A stretch of DNA of 37,178 bases from a virus (taxonomy: Duplodnaviria > Caudoviricetes): positions 1-37,178 of the IMG/VR virus record IMGVR_UViG_3300012855_000006, one strand, 5' to 3'. Position 1 is the stretch's first letter. Each line of letters begins with the position of its first letter. A program made the translations under genes and the position numbers. A model generated the notes under the pieces. The model did not search any database and was not told the DNA's origin. It saw nothing but the letters and a program-made list of their open reading frames with translations. Below are positions 1 through 9,586 of this stretch, piece after piece.

Positions 1-79
1 CGGTCACCGCGCCATTGGCGAGATCATCGAAGACAGCAGCAATCGCCGCCGCTGCCGCGGCGTTATCAAGGTTGGCCAT
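1..79 (-). CDS. 5' end of a gene running off the window, probably a tail fibre or receptor-binding protein
   Basis: ATG at 79 preceded by AAGGA; reads MANLDNAAAAAAIAAVFDDLANGAVT...; lies directly downstream of the tail tip gene. Product inferred from position only. Confidence 0.55.
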   Translation of the reverse strand, partial: MANLDNAAAAAAIAAVFDDLANGAVT

Positions 80-90
80 GGTCTTGATCC

Positions 91-3000
91 TTAGTCAGAG
101 CCGGTGCGAGTGAGATCGCCCGTTACATCCGCCACCACGACGCGGCTTTCGGTGTTGCCGGTCACACGGGCCTGAAAGACGACCGAGACGTTGCCGCCAT
201 AGGGCATGGCGGCGGGCGCCGAGATCACCCGATTGATGATGCCGACAGGGCCTTCCGTGCCCGAAGCGAGCGTGAAGTCGGTCTCGCCGCTGGCGCTCAG
301 AACGATGCGCCAGTCCACAGTGATCTCCCCCAGCGGGTCTTCGACGTTCACGATGGTGGGGCGGGCGTTGAACTGCCCGGCGAACCGGATCAGGCCTTCG
401 CTGGACGCGCCCGAGAGCGTGCCCGTGGCGAGTGTCTGATAGGTGGCGGCAAGACTGGTGGTGGAGCCGGTGAGCACGATCGCGTCGGTCCGGATCGAAG
501 GCGGAAGGCCCGCCACCTGGATCCCGCCCGCCGCGCTGTCAAACACCAGCACGCCCGCATCCGTGCGCAACTGCAGACGCCCGGTGTCCATGTCGAGCTG
601 GAAGGTCTTCACCGTACCGGCGGCGTTGAGCGAATAGACCTCCGAGCCGTCCATATCGATGACAAAGCGCGGTGAAGCGAAGGCCGGGCCGAACTTGATC
701 TGGCCTGCAGCGAAGCGAATGTCCGAAGACGGATTGCCGTCAGACTGGCGCGCGCTGAACTGCACCCCGGCGAACGCTGTCCCGGCCTGAACCGCGATCA
801 GGCGCGTGGCCAGAAGCTCATCCACAGACGCAGAGACCGCCGTCAGGTCCGTGGCGATGGCGCCCACCTCGCCATCCAGCGTGTTCACGTCCGCTTCCAG
901 CAATGTCAGGGCGCTTGAAGTCGCCTCCTGATCATCGGCCAGCGTGTTGAACTGTAGCGTCAGGCTGGCGAGTGAGTCCCCCACCGCACTGAATTGCGTG
1001 GTCGTAGACTCGGTGAAGGCCGACAGATCATCCGCCACCGTGGTGACGCTCGTTTGCACCCCGGCGATTGAATCGTTGAGTGCGCTGATCTGCGTAGTGC
1101 GGGTGTTCGTTTCCGCCACCAGATCAGAGGCCAGCGTAGTGACTTCATCCTCGACCAGCGCGAGGGCGTCATCCACCGCGCTGATCTGCAGCGTCAGGCT
1201 TGATTGAACCGCCTCGGTGGCGGTGATCCGCTCGGTGCGTTCCTGCACAAACAGGTTCACCGCCTTGCGTTCAACGCCCCGGCGCTGATTAGCCTCTTCG
1301 ATCAGGGAGCGGATCGTCGCCTGGGCGGCTGATTTGCCCGTCGCGATCACCTCGTCCGCCAGCGCGGCCAACCGCTCATAGGTGTAATCACCAACGCGCA
1401 AGGCGTCCGTCGCCGTCATCCCGCCCGTGGTGATCGTGCCCAGAATGCGGCGATCCCCGATCACGCCGAACTGAGACACATATTTCACCGCCACCTGATA
1501 GGCGGTTTCAGGCTCAAGCCCCGTCAGCACCACGCCTTCAGTGGCGATGTCGTATTGGCCGAACACGCGCCAGCCCGCATCATCATCCGCCCAGGCGGCG
1601 TCCGTCGCGGGATCAATCGCGGTGCGGTATTCGACAATGATGGCCTTGGCGTTGTCCTGATCGGCCGAACCGGTCACCACGATCGTGGGCTGCTGGCCAT
1701 TGCCCGCGCTGGCGCTCCACACATCGATTGCGGGAGGCGGCACGTCATAAATGTCAGGAACCGTCAGTGTGGCCGGAACCGGCGCGGTGTTCGTGCGCCC
1801 AAGGGCGAAGTCATGCTTGCCCGCGCTCTCGGAGATGAAACTCACGCGGACGATATTCGTCATGGGATCAAACGACCGGGTCAGGCATTTCAGCTCGACG
1901 GCATCCAGCAGGAAGCCCGGCTCGGTGATGGTGAACACATCGCCCGGCTCGATCTGCATCGCCCAGGGCTTGAGCGGCACGGTCCCGCTGAACGGCTCCC
2001 GGCTGTCCAGAATAGCATAAGCGGCAAGCTCTGCGATCTGATCGGCGTTCGAGCCGTCCGCATGCAGGGCCACATAAGGATAGCTCAAATCACGGTCGAT
2101 CACCCCGCCATCGGCGGTGACGTATTCCGCAACGCTGATCTCGTCCTGCGGCACGTCTTCCCAGTTGTGGGATTCCATACGGCAGGTCGGAACCAGCGTG
2201 TTGATCTTCTCCAGCCGGTCCGCGTTCGTGGCGATCTCGAACGGGCCTGCCGTGTCTTCAACCGACAGGGCGACGACGCTCGATTTCGGCGCCGAGACGA
2301 TGCAGCTGATCTTGCCCGCAAAGCGCGCATACCGCGCGCCGCCCGCCTGCATCAGCCCCAGAAGAACCTGATGCCGGTCATCGAGCGAAGACGGATAGGC
2401 CGAAGCCGTCCAGCCGTTCGCATCGCACACATTCGCCCATTCCATGAAGGCGGGCAGATGCACGCCGGCGGAACCCGCCCCGATGCCGCCCACGAGCTTC
2501 GAGCCCTCGTAAAGCCCCATCGCCCAGTTCAACGCCAGCAGCGCCGCATTGTCCGAATAGGCGTAGGTGCTGGGCGTGCCCCAACGGTGAGAGCCGGATC
2601 CGCCCGGAACCGTGGAATCCAGACGCGGGTCATAGAGCTTGATCCCCTTCAGCGTCAGCCGCGTGCGCGGCTCGCCCGAGGGGTAGGATTTGAACTTGCT
2701 GTCCTGATAGAGCGTCAGCTGGCAGGACGCGCGATAGGGCAAGGCTTTAGACGCATTCCACCCCTCATAGCCGGGCGTAGCGGCGTCCAGCCCGGTCTGC
2801 GCCAATGCCGTATCACTCGATGCGCCCAGCTTGGTCTGCAGCCACATCTTGTCCGCATAGGGCCCGGTGCTCGCCGCGCCATTGGCGCCAAAGCTCACCG
2901 CCACATCGTCAGCATAAAAGCCCTCGATCTGCTGGATCGGACCCGCGCCGGAACACACCGTCCAGATCGACTGATACCGGTTGTCCGCGCCCCATTCATC

Positions 3001-3276
3001 GCGATGCACGATCCGCCCCGCGGCCGCCACGCGACCCAGCGCGAAGGGAACCCCCGCCGTGGGGTCCGCGCGCCACTCGAGAGGGGAGCCTTCAAACCCC
3101 GTATCGGGCTGAAGGAGTGCGGTCGCGGCTGCGCTTACGGCCGCCGACGCGGCCAAGTTCACACCAACAACGGTTGCGGTTTGAGCGAGAGTGGCGGTCC
3201 CTGCAGCAGTGGCGGCGAAGGCTCCGCTGACATAAGTCGCAATCGCACTGACAGCAGCCGTGATCGGATCAGCCAT
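91..3276 (-). CDS. Tail tip / central fibre host-specificity protein (gpJ-like)
   Basis: About 1060 aa from MADPITAA (GGGAG RBS). Has the P.A.GR motif, KGIKLYDPRLDST...GSGSHR typical of alphaproteobacterial tail tips, an FN3-like GLEPETAYQVAVKY segment and a long S/T/A-rich coiled region. Confidence 0.85.
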   Translation of the reverse strand: MADPITAAVSAIATYVSGAFAATAAGTATLAQTATVVGVNLAASAAVSAAATALLQPDTGFEGSPLEWRADPTAGVPFALGRVAAAGRIVHRDEWGADNRYQSIWTVCSGAGPIQQIEGFYADDVAVSFGANGAASTGPYADKMWLQTKLGASSDTALAQTGLDAATPGYEGWNASKALPYRASCQLTLYQDSKFKSYPSGEPRTRLTLKGIKLYDPRLDSTVPGGSGSHRWGTPSTYAYSDNAALLALNWAMGLYEGSKLVGGIGAGSAGVHLPAFMEWANVCDANGWTASAYPSSLDDRHQVLLGLMQAGGARYARFAGKISCIVSAPKSSVVALSVEDTAGPFEIATNADRLEKINTLVPTCRMESHNWEDVPQDEISVAEYVTADGGVIDRDLSYPYVALHADGSNADQIAELAAYAILDSREPFSGTVPLKPWAMQIEPGDVFTITEPGFLLDAVELKCLTRSFDPMTNIVRVSFISESAGKHDFALGRTNTAPVPATLTVPDIYDVPPPAIDVWSASAGNGQQPTIVVTGSADQDNAKAIIVEYRTAIDPATDAAWADDDAGWRVFGQYDIATEGVVLTGLEPETAYQVAVKYVSQFGVIGDRRILGTITTGGMTATDALRVGDYTYERLAALADEVIATGKSAAQATIRSLIEEANQRRGVERKAVNLFVQERTERITATEAVQSSLTLQISAVDDALALVEDEVTTLASDLVAETNTRTTQISALNDSIAGVQTSVTTVADDLSAFTESTTTQFSAVGDSLASLTLQFNTLADDQEATSSALTLLEADVNTLDGEVGAIATDLTAVSASVDELLATRLIAVQAGTAFAGVQFSARQSDGNPSSDIRFAAGQIKFGPAFASPRFVIDMDGSEVYSLNAAGTVKTFQLDMDTGRLQLRTDAGVLVFDSAAGGIQVAGLPPSIRTDAIVLTGSTTSLAATYQTLATGTLSGASSEGLIRFAGQFNARPTIVNVEDPLGEITVDWRIVLSASGETDFTLASGTEGPVGIINRVISAPAAMPYGGNVSVVFQARVTGNTESRVVVADVTGDLTRTGSD

Positions 3277-3290
3277 GCGGAACTCCCATG

Positions 3291-3318
3291 CAGAAACGCC
3301 CCGCACAAGGGCGGGGTG
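3291..3318 (-). terminator. Probable intrinsic terminator closing the moron
   Basis: Minus strand CACCCCGC-CCTTGT-GCGGGGCG followed by TTTCTG. Confidence 0.55.
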
Positions 3319-3389
3319 AATTAGAGTCTTCAGAGAAGTCTGATTGCGAGCGTGCGCAGGTTGGCTCAGTCAGATCACAAGCTATCAAG

Positions 3390-3407
3390 CACGGGCAATT
3401 GCCCGTG
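3390..3407. repeat. Perfect 18-bp palindrome just after the moron stop codon
   Basis: CACGGGCAATTGCCCGTG. Confidence 0.8.
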
Positions 3408-3414
3408 AATGTGA

Positions 3415-4362
3415 CTAGCGATCTGGATTTAGGAAGCTTTCGATATCAAGCTGCTCTTTGGGCGGCACGATTTCATGAACTTTCAGGATCCGAAAGCTAG
3501 GTCGACCCACGGCCATGCCGCTTTCATCGACCGGCCAACGCTCTTCGAGAGTGACACGCAGCCGTGAATTGGGCGGGGCGTAGACGCGATTATTCTGAAA
3601 GTCGTCAAGCCATTCTTCATCTTCAATTGATGCAGAGACAACCTTCTTGTAGATGATCTCCCACTGCGCCTTGCCTTCATAGACAGGTGAGTGAATACCC
3701 ACCTCCGCCTCAATCTTGGCGCTGTGCTCATTTGCTAAGGGCGCTAAGGAATCCGTGCTGGCGTCTCGCAGATTTATGGCGTCGGCGCGGTGGAAGATTT
3801 CATTGGTTTTTTCTCGGGTGCGAAACTCAAGAGTTTCGTACCCGTCTTTCTCAAGAGGTCGCAGCATGGTTTGAGTGCTGCGCAGGACCCTGGGGTCCGT
3901 TGCCAGCTTGTAGACTTCCGGTTTCACTTCAATGACATTGCTGTCTCCGTTCACTTGGATGACAACAATGTCTTTGCTCTGTTTGATTTCTATCGCCTGG
4001 CCCGGTTTGCGGTGCTTGCTTAGAAACTTGTAAACCGCCCAGACAGACCCTAGCCCGCCGCCGAGAATGCCTATCCACTCAAGGATTTCCTTGGCGGTCG
4101 CCACATCCTTGTGTTCCAGAAAGTCAACTGTCGCCGCCGCAAGAGTCTGGACAACTTCGAAGCTCAGCTGGAAGCACTGGCGCTCCACATCAGCATTCAC
4201 CACCACACGCACCGATGCGCGATCTCCGTTCAGGCGATGGTTCGCTGACTTGCAGAGCTCTCCGAGGGCCAGGAGCGCCGGACCAAGGTCCTGCACATCC
4301 ATTTCATGGTCCGCAAGCGCAGGGCCATCATATCGTATGGATGCGACAACTCGCCGGCTCAT
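3415..4362 (-). CDS. Moron: accessory protein of unknown function (about 315 aa)
   Basis: Likely start MSRRVVASIRYDGPALADHEMDVQDLGPALLAL. Visibly more AT-rich codon usage than the flanking tail genes; inserted between two tail-tip genes with its own intergenic flanks. Confidence 0.8.
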   Translation of the reverse strand: MSRRVVASIRYDGPALADHEMDVQDLGPALLALGELCKSANHRLNGDRASVRVVVNADVERQCFQLSFEVVQTLAAATVDFLEHKDVATAKEILEWIGILGGGLGSVWAVYKFLSKHRKPGQAIEIKQSKDIVVIQVNGDSNVIEVKPEVYKLATDPRVLRSTQTMLRPLEKDGYETLEFRTREKTNEIFHRADAINLRDASTDSLAPLANEHSAKIEAEVGIHSPVYEGKAQWEIIYKKVVSASIEDEEWLDDFQNNRVYAPPNSRLRVTLEERWPVDESGMAVGRPSFRILKVHEIVPPKEQLDIESFLNPDR

Positions 4363-4504
4363 CAGTGCGCCCGTGAACAGCAAAAGGAGGCCTGTCTTAA
4401 ACAGGCGTTGGGGCTGCAGAGGGAAGTTCGCGGCATCATCGGTGGCCCCTAACGGCGGTTTACACTTCGCCAAGCTAACCCCTGAAAAGCTGCTGTCTAG
4501 TTAC

Positions 4505-4957
4505 CTAAGGCGTGCGCCAGCACGCGAGAGTCAATTCAAGATTGGGAACCAGCACCGCGAAGGCGCCCTGACCATCAAGGCCGATAACCCGGCGCGCGGC
4601 GGCGGTGTGGACCACCATCAGGGACGCCTTGAACGCATCACCCTCCGGCGTCGGCAGGGCGATCAGATCACCCGGCATGGCCATGGCCGGGGCGATCTTC
4701 ACCAGACCCAGCGCGTCCACCGCCTCGCACAGGCTCGACAGGCCCTGTTCGCGGAACCGGCGCAGAGCGGTCTGCTCGCTCGAATACCGCACGCCCTTCA
4801 GAAGCGGCACGGGGTGGCCTTGCTTGCGCAGGGCCAGCGCGCACAGCTTCACACAATCGGTCCGGCCCCAGTTGAGCGGTTGGCCCACAAAGCGCTTCAC
4901 GCACGCGCTCACCGCCTGCTGACGGGCCAGCAGGGCGCTCTTGTGTTTCACGGTCAT
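4505..4957 (-). CDS. NlpC/P60-like tail assembly protein (gpK analogue, DUF6950-like)
   Basis: F.GQPLNWGRTDC motif with catalytic-type Cys, then AMPGDLIAL; position in the tail-tip cluster. Confidence 0.75.
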   Translation of the reverse strand: MTVKHKSALLARQQAVSACVKRFVGQPLNWGRTDCVKLCALALRKQGHPVPLLKGVRYSSEQTALRRFREQGLSSLCEAVDALGLVKIAPAMAMPGDLIALPTPEGDAFKASLMVVHTAAARRVIGLDGQGAFAVLVPNLELTLACWRTP

Positions 4958-4962
4958 GAGGG

Positions 4963-5592
4963 TCAGCCGATCCTGTTGCCCGGGCCGCCGCCGACTTCAT
5001 TGCCGCCGCCGGTATATCCGCCGCCGCCGGTGCCGTAGCGGATCGCGCCGCGCGGCTGTTCGGCGCGCCAGTAGATCTTGCGCGTCACGCTGGACATCAG
5101 CGGCTTGAGGGCGGGCGTCTCCGCCAGCCGCACCCCGCGCGGGGTCAGCTGGAATTGCTCGAACGTGTAGGAAGTCAGAACCACAGAGCGCCGCCCCGTC
5201 GATACCGCCAGAGACGCCACGTTGAGAAGGCCCGTGGTCAGGGTGTCAGGCGTGCCGATCACGGCGCCGGTGTTCGGGTTGATCTGCCCCCAATAGAGCA
5301 CCCAGGGCGAACCCTGCGCAGCCGGGGCCGTCAGCGCCGCAACGCCATCATCGGTATAGGGCTCAAACGTCAGATCGGGCGCGATGGCTTCAGACACCTG
5401 CCCCTCTTCGATGTTGGCCACCGAAGACAGAACCCCCAGATCGTCATGCTCGGGCAGATAGGTCTGCCCGCCGAACACCACCGTGCCGCCCGAGGTCAGC
5501 CGCACCGTCTCATCGGGCAGGGTCAGCTCGAGCGCGATGAAGGCGTGAGGGTTCGACTCCTGCCATGCGGCGATGTTGAGCGAATCCATCAA
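4963..5592 (-). CDS. Minor tail / hub protein
   Basis: LELTLPDETVRLTSGGTVVFGGQTY...LGVLSSVANIEEG; coupled to the upstream gene; lies between the Dit-like and NlpC genes. Confidence 0.7.
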   Translation of the reverse strand: MMDSLNIAAWQESNPHAFIALELTLPDETVRLTSGGTVVFGGQTYLPEHDDLGVLSSVANIEEGQVSEAIAPDLTFEPYTDDGVAALTAPAAQGSPWVLYWGQINPNTGAVIGTPDTLTTGLLNVASLAVSTGRRSVVLTSYTFEQFQLTPRGVRLAETPALKPLMSSVTRKIYWRAEQPRGAIRYGTGGGGYTGGGNEVGGGPGNRIG

Positions 5593-6176
5593 CCACGCTC
5601 CCGCAGGGTGAAGGTGCGGGGCAGGGACAGGGCCGCATCGCCAAATTCCAGCCCGCTATCGCTGGTCACAAGACCTTCGAGCTTCGGACTCGCGATCTCG
5701 ATCACATCATTGTCGGACGGGGCGACACGCAGCGGTATGCGCAGATCAAGCGCCGCCGTGCCCGATCCGCTCGCCGTCACCGACGAGGCGATAGGATACG
5801 TATAGCGCCGGCCAGTGCTGGCGATGTGGGTGACATAGGCGCCCTTCGGGATGACATAGCCCGCAGTCACCCCGTCCACATTGAGCGTGCGACCCAGCTG
5901 GCCCGCCCCGGCGACGCGCGGCGCGCCCTCATTAGCCGCCACCAGATCGCCCTGATCGATCGGCCACACAAGCGTGTCGAACGGCTCCTCAAGATCAGAC
6001 CAGGCCAGCGCATCAGAACGGGTCATTGGGACAAGCAGAACCCGCGCCTCAAGGTGCTGCCCCGTGCGCGTGATATGGTTCATATTGGTCTCGAAGGCGG
6101 ACACAGCGCGCGCGGCGCGGGGCGTGACCGTGATCGACCAGGTGCGGACCTGCCCTGACGGCAACAGCAATCCCAT
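5589..6176 (-). CDS. Distal tail (Dit-like) protein
   Basis: 195 aa directly after the tape measure; beta-rich, P.V.GAGQ.G motif. Confidence 0.65.
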   Translation of the reverse strand: MGLLLPSGQVRTWSITVTPRAARAVSAFETNMNHITRTGQHLEARVLLVPMTRSDALAWSDLEEPFDTLVWPIDQGDLVAANEGAPRVAGAGQLGRTLNVDGVTAGYVIPKGAYVTHIASTGRRYTYPIASSVTASGSGTAALDLRIPLRVAPSDNDVIEIASPKLEGLVTSDSGLEFGDAALSLPRTFTLRERG

Positions 6177-6179
6177 GGC

Positions 6180-8165
6180 TTACCTCAAACGCTTGCTGGC
6201 ACGCTGACGTGCGCCGGCCATATCGGCACGGGATTGCTGGACGGCGCCTTGCGCGGCCTGCACGGCCACCGGCGCGGCGGCCTCCTGAACGGCGGTGGTG
6301 AACAGCTCGGACTTGTCCACCTGCACCAGCACCACGCGCTCGCGGATGATCTCGCGGCCCATATCGCTCGCGCGGATCACTTCGCCGGGAACGGACGGCG
6401 CAAAGAACTCGCGGCCCTGCTCTTGCCACTGATACGCCATGCCGGGACGAGCCGGGCCGCCAGCGGCGCGCTTGCCGCCAAAGCCGAACGCGCCCAACAC
6501 AGAGCCCAGAAAGCCGCCGCCCTTGGATCCTCCCATGCCGTCAAAGAGCGAGCCGCCAAGATTGCTGAAGGCATCATACAGCCCCTCATAGGCAGCCTGT
6601 CGCAGGCGCTCGATCAGGAACTCCTGAAGGTTGCCGTCAAACGCCGCCTTGGCGCCGCCCGCGAACACCGCCGCGAACTCGTCCATGAACTGGCCGCGAT
6701 CCTCTCCCAGCTGATCCTTGTAGGCCTGAGCCTGAAGTCGGCCCAGTTCTTCAGCGACACCGCGCTGCTCTTGGAGTTTGACCGCCGCCGCATCCGCCTC
6801 GATGCGCGCCAGCTCTTCTGCAGCACGGCGCCGCTCTTCAGGTTTGGCGGCGGCGATGGCCGCCTCTTTGCGCGCCATATCCTGTTCACTGCTGGAGTCG
6901 TCACCAGCCCCGGAGCCTCCGAGGCCTCCCGCTCCACCGCCCAGATTGGTCTGCTGGCCCAGCGCGTCACCCGCCTGCTCAAAGCCGCTCTTGAGATTGC
7001 GGACCCGTTCAGCTTCTTCGCGGAGCGCTTCAAGCATCAGCGAAACTTGCAGGCGTTCAGCATCACCTGATGAAGAGCCGAGCAAGGAATCGCCGGGGCC
7101 AAGCCCCCAGCCTGGCGTGTCGCTATCCATAACCTGCCGGTTGATGGCGCGAAGGGCGTCGCCCCCCATCAGCGACATAAAGCGCTCTCGAACGTCTGAA
7201 AGGTTGCCTCTGTGCTGGCGCTCACCAGAGCCAAGCCTTTGCGACAGGTCGCCCGCAAGAACACCCACTTGCGTCAGGCGGGCTTGAGCCTCAAGGCGGC
7301 TTGTGGGGTCTGCACCAGACATGCCCGCCCAGCGCGCAATCTGATCGGCAAGCTGTGTCGCCAGCTCGATCATGCCTGGCAGAGCATCGGTGAAGGCTTC
7401 CGCCAACTGCCCGATCTCATCGGCATTATCGATGATGGCGGCCTGCACATTGGTGCGCAGCACCATTCCCAGCGTTTCCATCTGGTCAGACGCTTCGGCG
7501 CCCTTGGCGATCATCTCGTCAGTCAGAACAAGGCCCAACTCACGGGCGCGATCTGTCAGGCTCGAAATACCCTCTTCACCGCGCGCCAACAAAGACGCGA
7601 GCCGCGGGCCGCTGTCCTCGCCAAAGAGCTGGGACGCCAAAGCTGAGCGGCGGGATTCGCTTTCCATATCACCCAGCGCGCGCACAACCTCGCGAAACAC
7701 GCTTTCTGCGTCGGCCAGTTCACCGGATGCAATGCGGGCTTCAAGCCCCATGGCGCGAAAGGCGTTCGCAGCCGGGCCCGCCTCCCCCGTTCCACTAGCG
7801 AGATATTGCTGAAACAAGCCGAGGCGGCGGTTCAACCGAGAGATCGCATCATCCCAATCGCGGGTCTCCGCGCCAGCCTGCGAGGCCGCATAGCGCATCT
7901 CCTGAAGGAATTCCGCCGACACCCCGGCGCGGTCCGCCAAATCCTGAACCGCCTCTGCGGCGGAAAGGGATTCGCGCACCAGCAGCGCCAAGCCCGCGCC
8001 ACTGACAACGCCGCCAATGCCCAGCAAAGGACCGGCGGCGCGCAACAGACCGCCAACCGCCCTTTGCGTGCGCTGAATGGAATTCTCCACGCCGCGCCAC
8101 GCCGGGCCGGAGCGGTCACGGGCGAAAATGTCAAAGCGAAAATCTGACGGCATACCAAGGGGCAT
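6180..8165 (-). CDS. Tail tape measure protein
   Basis: 661 aa, Ala/Gly/Leu-rich and helical; DLADRAGVSAEFLQEMRYAA motif; C-terminal GKRAAGGP...GREFFAP; follows the chaperone genes. Confidence 0.9.
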   Translation of the reverse strand: MPLGMPSDFRFDIFARDRSGPAWRGVENSIQRTQRAVGGLLRAAGPLLGIGGVVSGAGLALLVRESLSAAEAVQDLADRAGVSAEFLQEMRYAASQAGAETRDWDDAISRLNRRLGLFQQYLASGTGEAGPAANAFRAMGLEARIASGELADAESVFREVVRALGDMESESRRSALASQLFGEDSGPRLASLLARGEEGISSLTDRARELGLVLTDEMIAKGAEASDQMETLGMVLRTNVQAAIIDNADEIGQLAEAFTDALPGMIELATQLADQIARWAGMSGADPTSRLEAQARLTQVGVLAGDLSQRLGSGERQHRGNLSDVRERFMSLMGGDALRAINRQVMDSDTPGWGLGPGDSLLGSSSGDAERLQVSLMLEALREEAERVRNLKSGFEQAGDALGQQTNLGGGAGGLGGSGAGDDSSSEQDMARKEAAIAAAKPEERRRAAEELARIEADAAAVKLQEQRGVAEELGRLQAQAYKDQLGEDRGQFMDEFAAVFAGGAKAAFDGNLQEFLIERLRQAAYEGLYDAFSNLGGSLFDGMGGSKGGGFLGSVLGAFGFGGKRAAGGPARPGMAYQWQEQGREFFAPSVPGEVIRASDMGREIIRERVVLVQVDKSELFTTAVQEAAAPVAVQAAQGAVQQSRADMAGARQRASKRLR

Positions 8166-8180
8166 GGCGGCCTCTTTGAT

Positions 8181-8338
8181 CTAGCGCCCGTCCTTCTTGA
8201 CCTCTTCAGCCCTGAGCACATCACGCGCGGCGTGCAGCATCAGCTCATCACAGGTCATCTCGGCGTCAAGGCGGGCAAGGGTCATCCCCAGCCTTTCGGC
8301 AAGGTTCAGCCGGTAAAGAAGGTCCGGGTTCTCGCTCA
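8181..8338 (-). CDS. gpT-like C-terminal extension of the tail assembly chaperone, reached by -1 frameshift
   Basis: The -1 frame reads LSENPDLLYRLNLAERLGMTLARLDAEMTCDELMLHAARDVLRAEEVKKDGR* with no RBS-preceded start; absent from the ORF track. Confidence 0.8.
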
Positions 8339-8719
8339 GTTTTTTTTTGCGGCCGCCAGCGACAGACCGGCGTTCAGCCGATAGGCCAGCGCCTCGATCA
8401 CATCGGCGGGAACCCGGCTACGCATGAACTGGGCGTTCTCAAGCGTGAACAGCCGGTCGCCGGTTTCATCACAAGCAAGCTGGATCACCGTCCGCACCGC
8501 CGCCTCGGCATGATTGATCTTGCCGGTTTCAACGTCCTTCGCGGCGCGCTCGATGGCGGCGCGGTCCGCCGGGGTGGGTTTGCGGCCATAGACGATGACC
8601 GGGGGCTCTCCCTCGGCTGCGAATTCAGGGACAGCGATCTGCGTAAGTGCGCCGTCCGCATCGCGGCGGGCGGCGGCGGCCTCAAGGAAACCGCCGCCCT
8701 TGCTGACACCCTTGGCCAT
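8336..8719 (-). CDS. Tail assembly chaperone (gpG-like)
   Basis: Start MAKGVSK overlaps the tail tube stop (TGATG); ends AAAKKN*; contains D.TGDRLFT. Confidence 0.8.
   Translation of the reverse strand: MAKGVSKGGGFLEAAAARRDADGALTQIAVPEFAAEGEPPVIVYGRKPTPADRAAIERAAKDVETGKINHAEAAVRTVIQLACDETGDRLFTLENAQFMRSRVPADVIEALAYRLNAGLSLAAAKKN
8339..8348 (-). other. Programmed -1 frameshift slippery site
   Basis: Minus strand GCA AAA AAA AAC TGA, containing the A AAA AAC heptamer, at the end of gpG. Confidence 0.8.
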
Positions 8720-9117
8720 CAGCCTGCGCTCACCGCGCCGGTGGTCAGTGCGCCATTGCCCTGGCATTCAAAGCTGATGGTGTTGAGCGCATCATTGGCG
8801 TTGTTCGGCGACACGCTCGTAACGGTGGCCGTGCCGGTATATTCGCGATCCCCTGCATCGGCGCCGTCAGGATAGAGCTTCAAGGTCACCGAAGCGCCAA
8901 CCGTCAGAGCGCCCTGCCCGGTGCTGTCAGCGGTGTCCAGATTGGCCGTCACAGAAGCGGTCCAGCTTTTCTGTCCCACAAGATGAGTCCGCCAGTCGTC
9001 GCCGTGCGCGGTGTCGTCCACCGTCTCGGCGGTCTCGGTGAGGCTCCAACCGGTCGTTTCGAGAACGGTTGCGGTCCCGACTTTGACCAGACCGCCTTTA
9101 CCATGTGAAGTGGCCAT
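8719..9117 (-). CDS. Major tail tube protein
   Basis: 132 aa; HGKGGLVKVG...WSLTETAETVDDT..GD.WRT...G.KSW...SFECQGNGAL; strong AAGGA RBS. Confidence 0.85.
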   Translation of the reverse strand: MATSHGKGGLVKVGTATVLETTGWSLTETAETVDDTAHGDDWRTHLVGQKSWTASVTANLDTADSTGQGALTVGASVTLKLYPDGADAGDREYTGTATVTSVSPNNANDALNTISFECQGNGALTTGAVSAG

Positions 9118-9134
9118 GAGCGTTTCCTTTCATG

Positions 9135-9584
9135 CTAGGCCAGAACGGAACCGGCTGAACCTTCAGCCGTGTGGTATTCCACCTCATAGGTGAGGCGGGC
9201 TTGGGCGATGACCTTGCGGCCCTCGCCGTCATAGCTCTCGGTCAGACTGACCGGGCTGATGGAGAAGATCAGGGCGGATGACCACGCGCCCTCGACCATG
9301 ACCGCCTCGATCTCGGCGGCGATGGTGTCGAGCGTGTCCGCCGCACCGTCTGAATCCGCGTCCGCAATAAGATCAAAATGCACCTGCATGACCCGGCCCA
9401 GACGACGGGTGACGCCCTGGGACAGAACCTGCATCTGTTCATCGCCGGACATGACGTTGATGGCGGGCAGGCTTGTTTGCGGCAGCGGCTTGACCCGGTT
9501 CTTGAAGACACGATCGCCGCAGGTCTCAAGGCCAGTCACGCGGGTCGCCAGCAGATCGCGGATCTGGGTGCGGACATGCGCCAT
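9135..9584 (-). CDS. Tail terminator (gpU-like)
   Basis: MAHVRTQIRD...RVFKNRVKPL...LPAINV...YEVEYHT; sits before the tail tube gene. Confidence 0.75.
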   Translation of the reverse strand: MAHVRTQIRDLLATRVTGLETCGDRVFKNRVKPLPQTSLPAINVMSGDEQMQVLSQGVTRRLGRVMQVHFDLIADADSDGAADTLDTIAAEIEAVMVEGAWSSALIFSISPVSLTESYDGEGRKVIAQARLTYEVEYHTAEGSAGSVLA

Positions 9585-9586
9585 GA

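Noticed and set aside
1555-3324. 589-aa plus-strand ORF
   Set aside because: Antisense shadow of the tail tip gene with Arg/Gly-rich off-frame composition.
3401-4377. 9-bp direct repeat GCCCGTGAA flanking the moron ORF as a target-site duplication
   Set aside because: Both copies lie inside the inserted segment rather than at its edges, there is no transposase, and the match could be chance.
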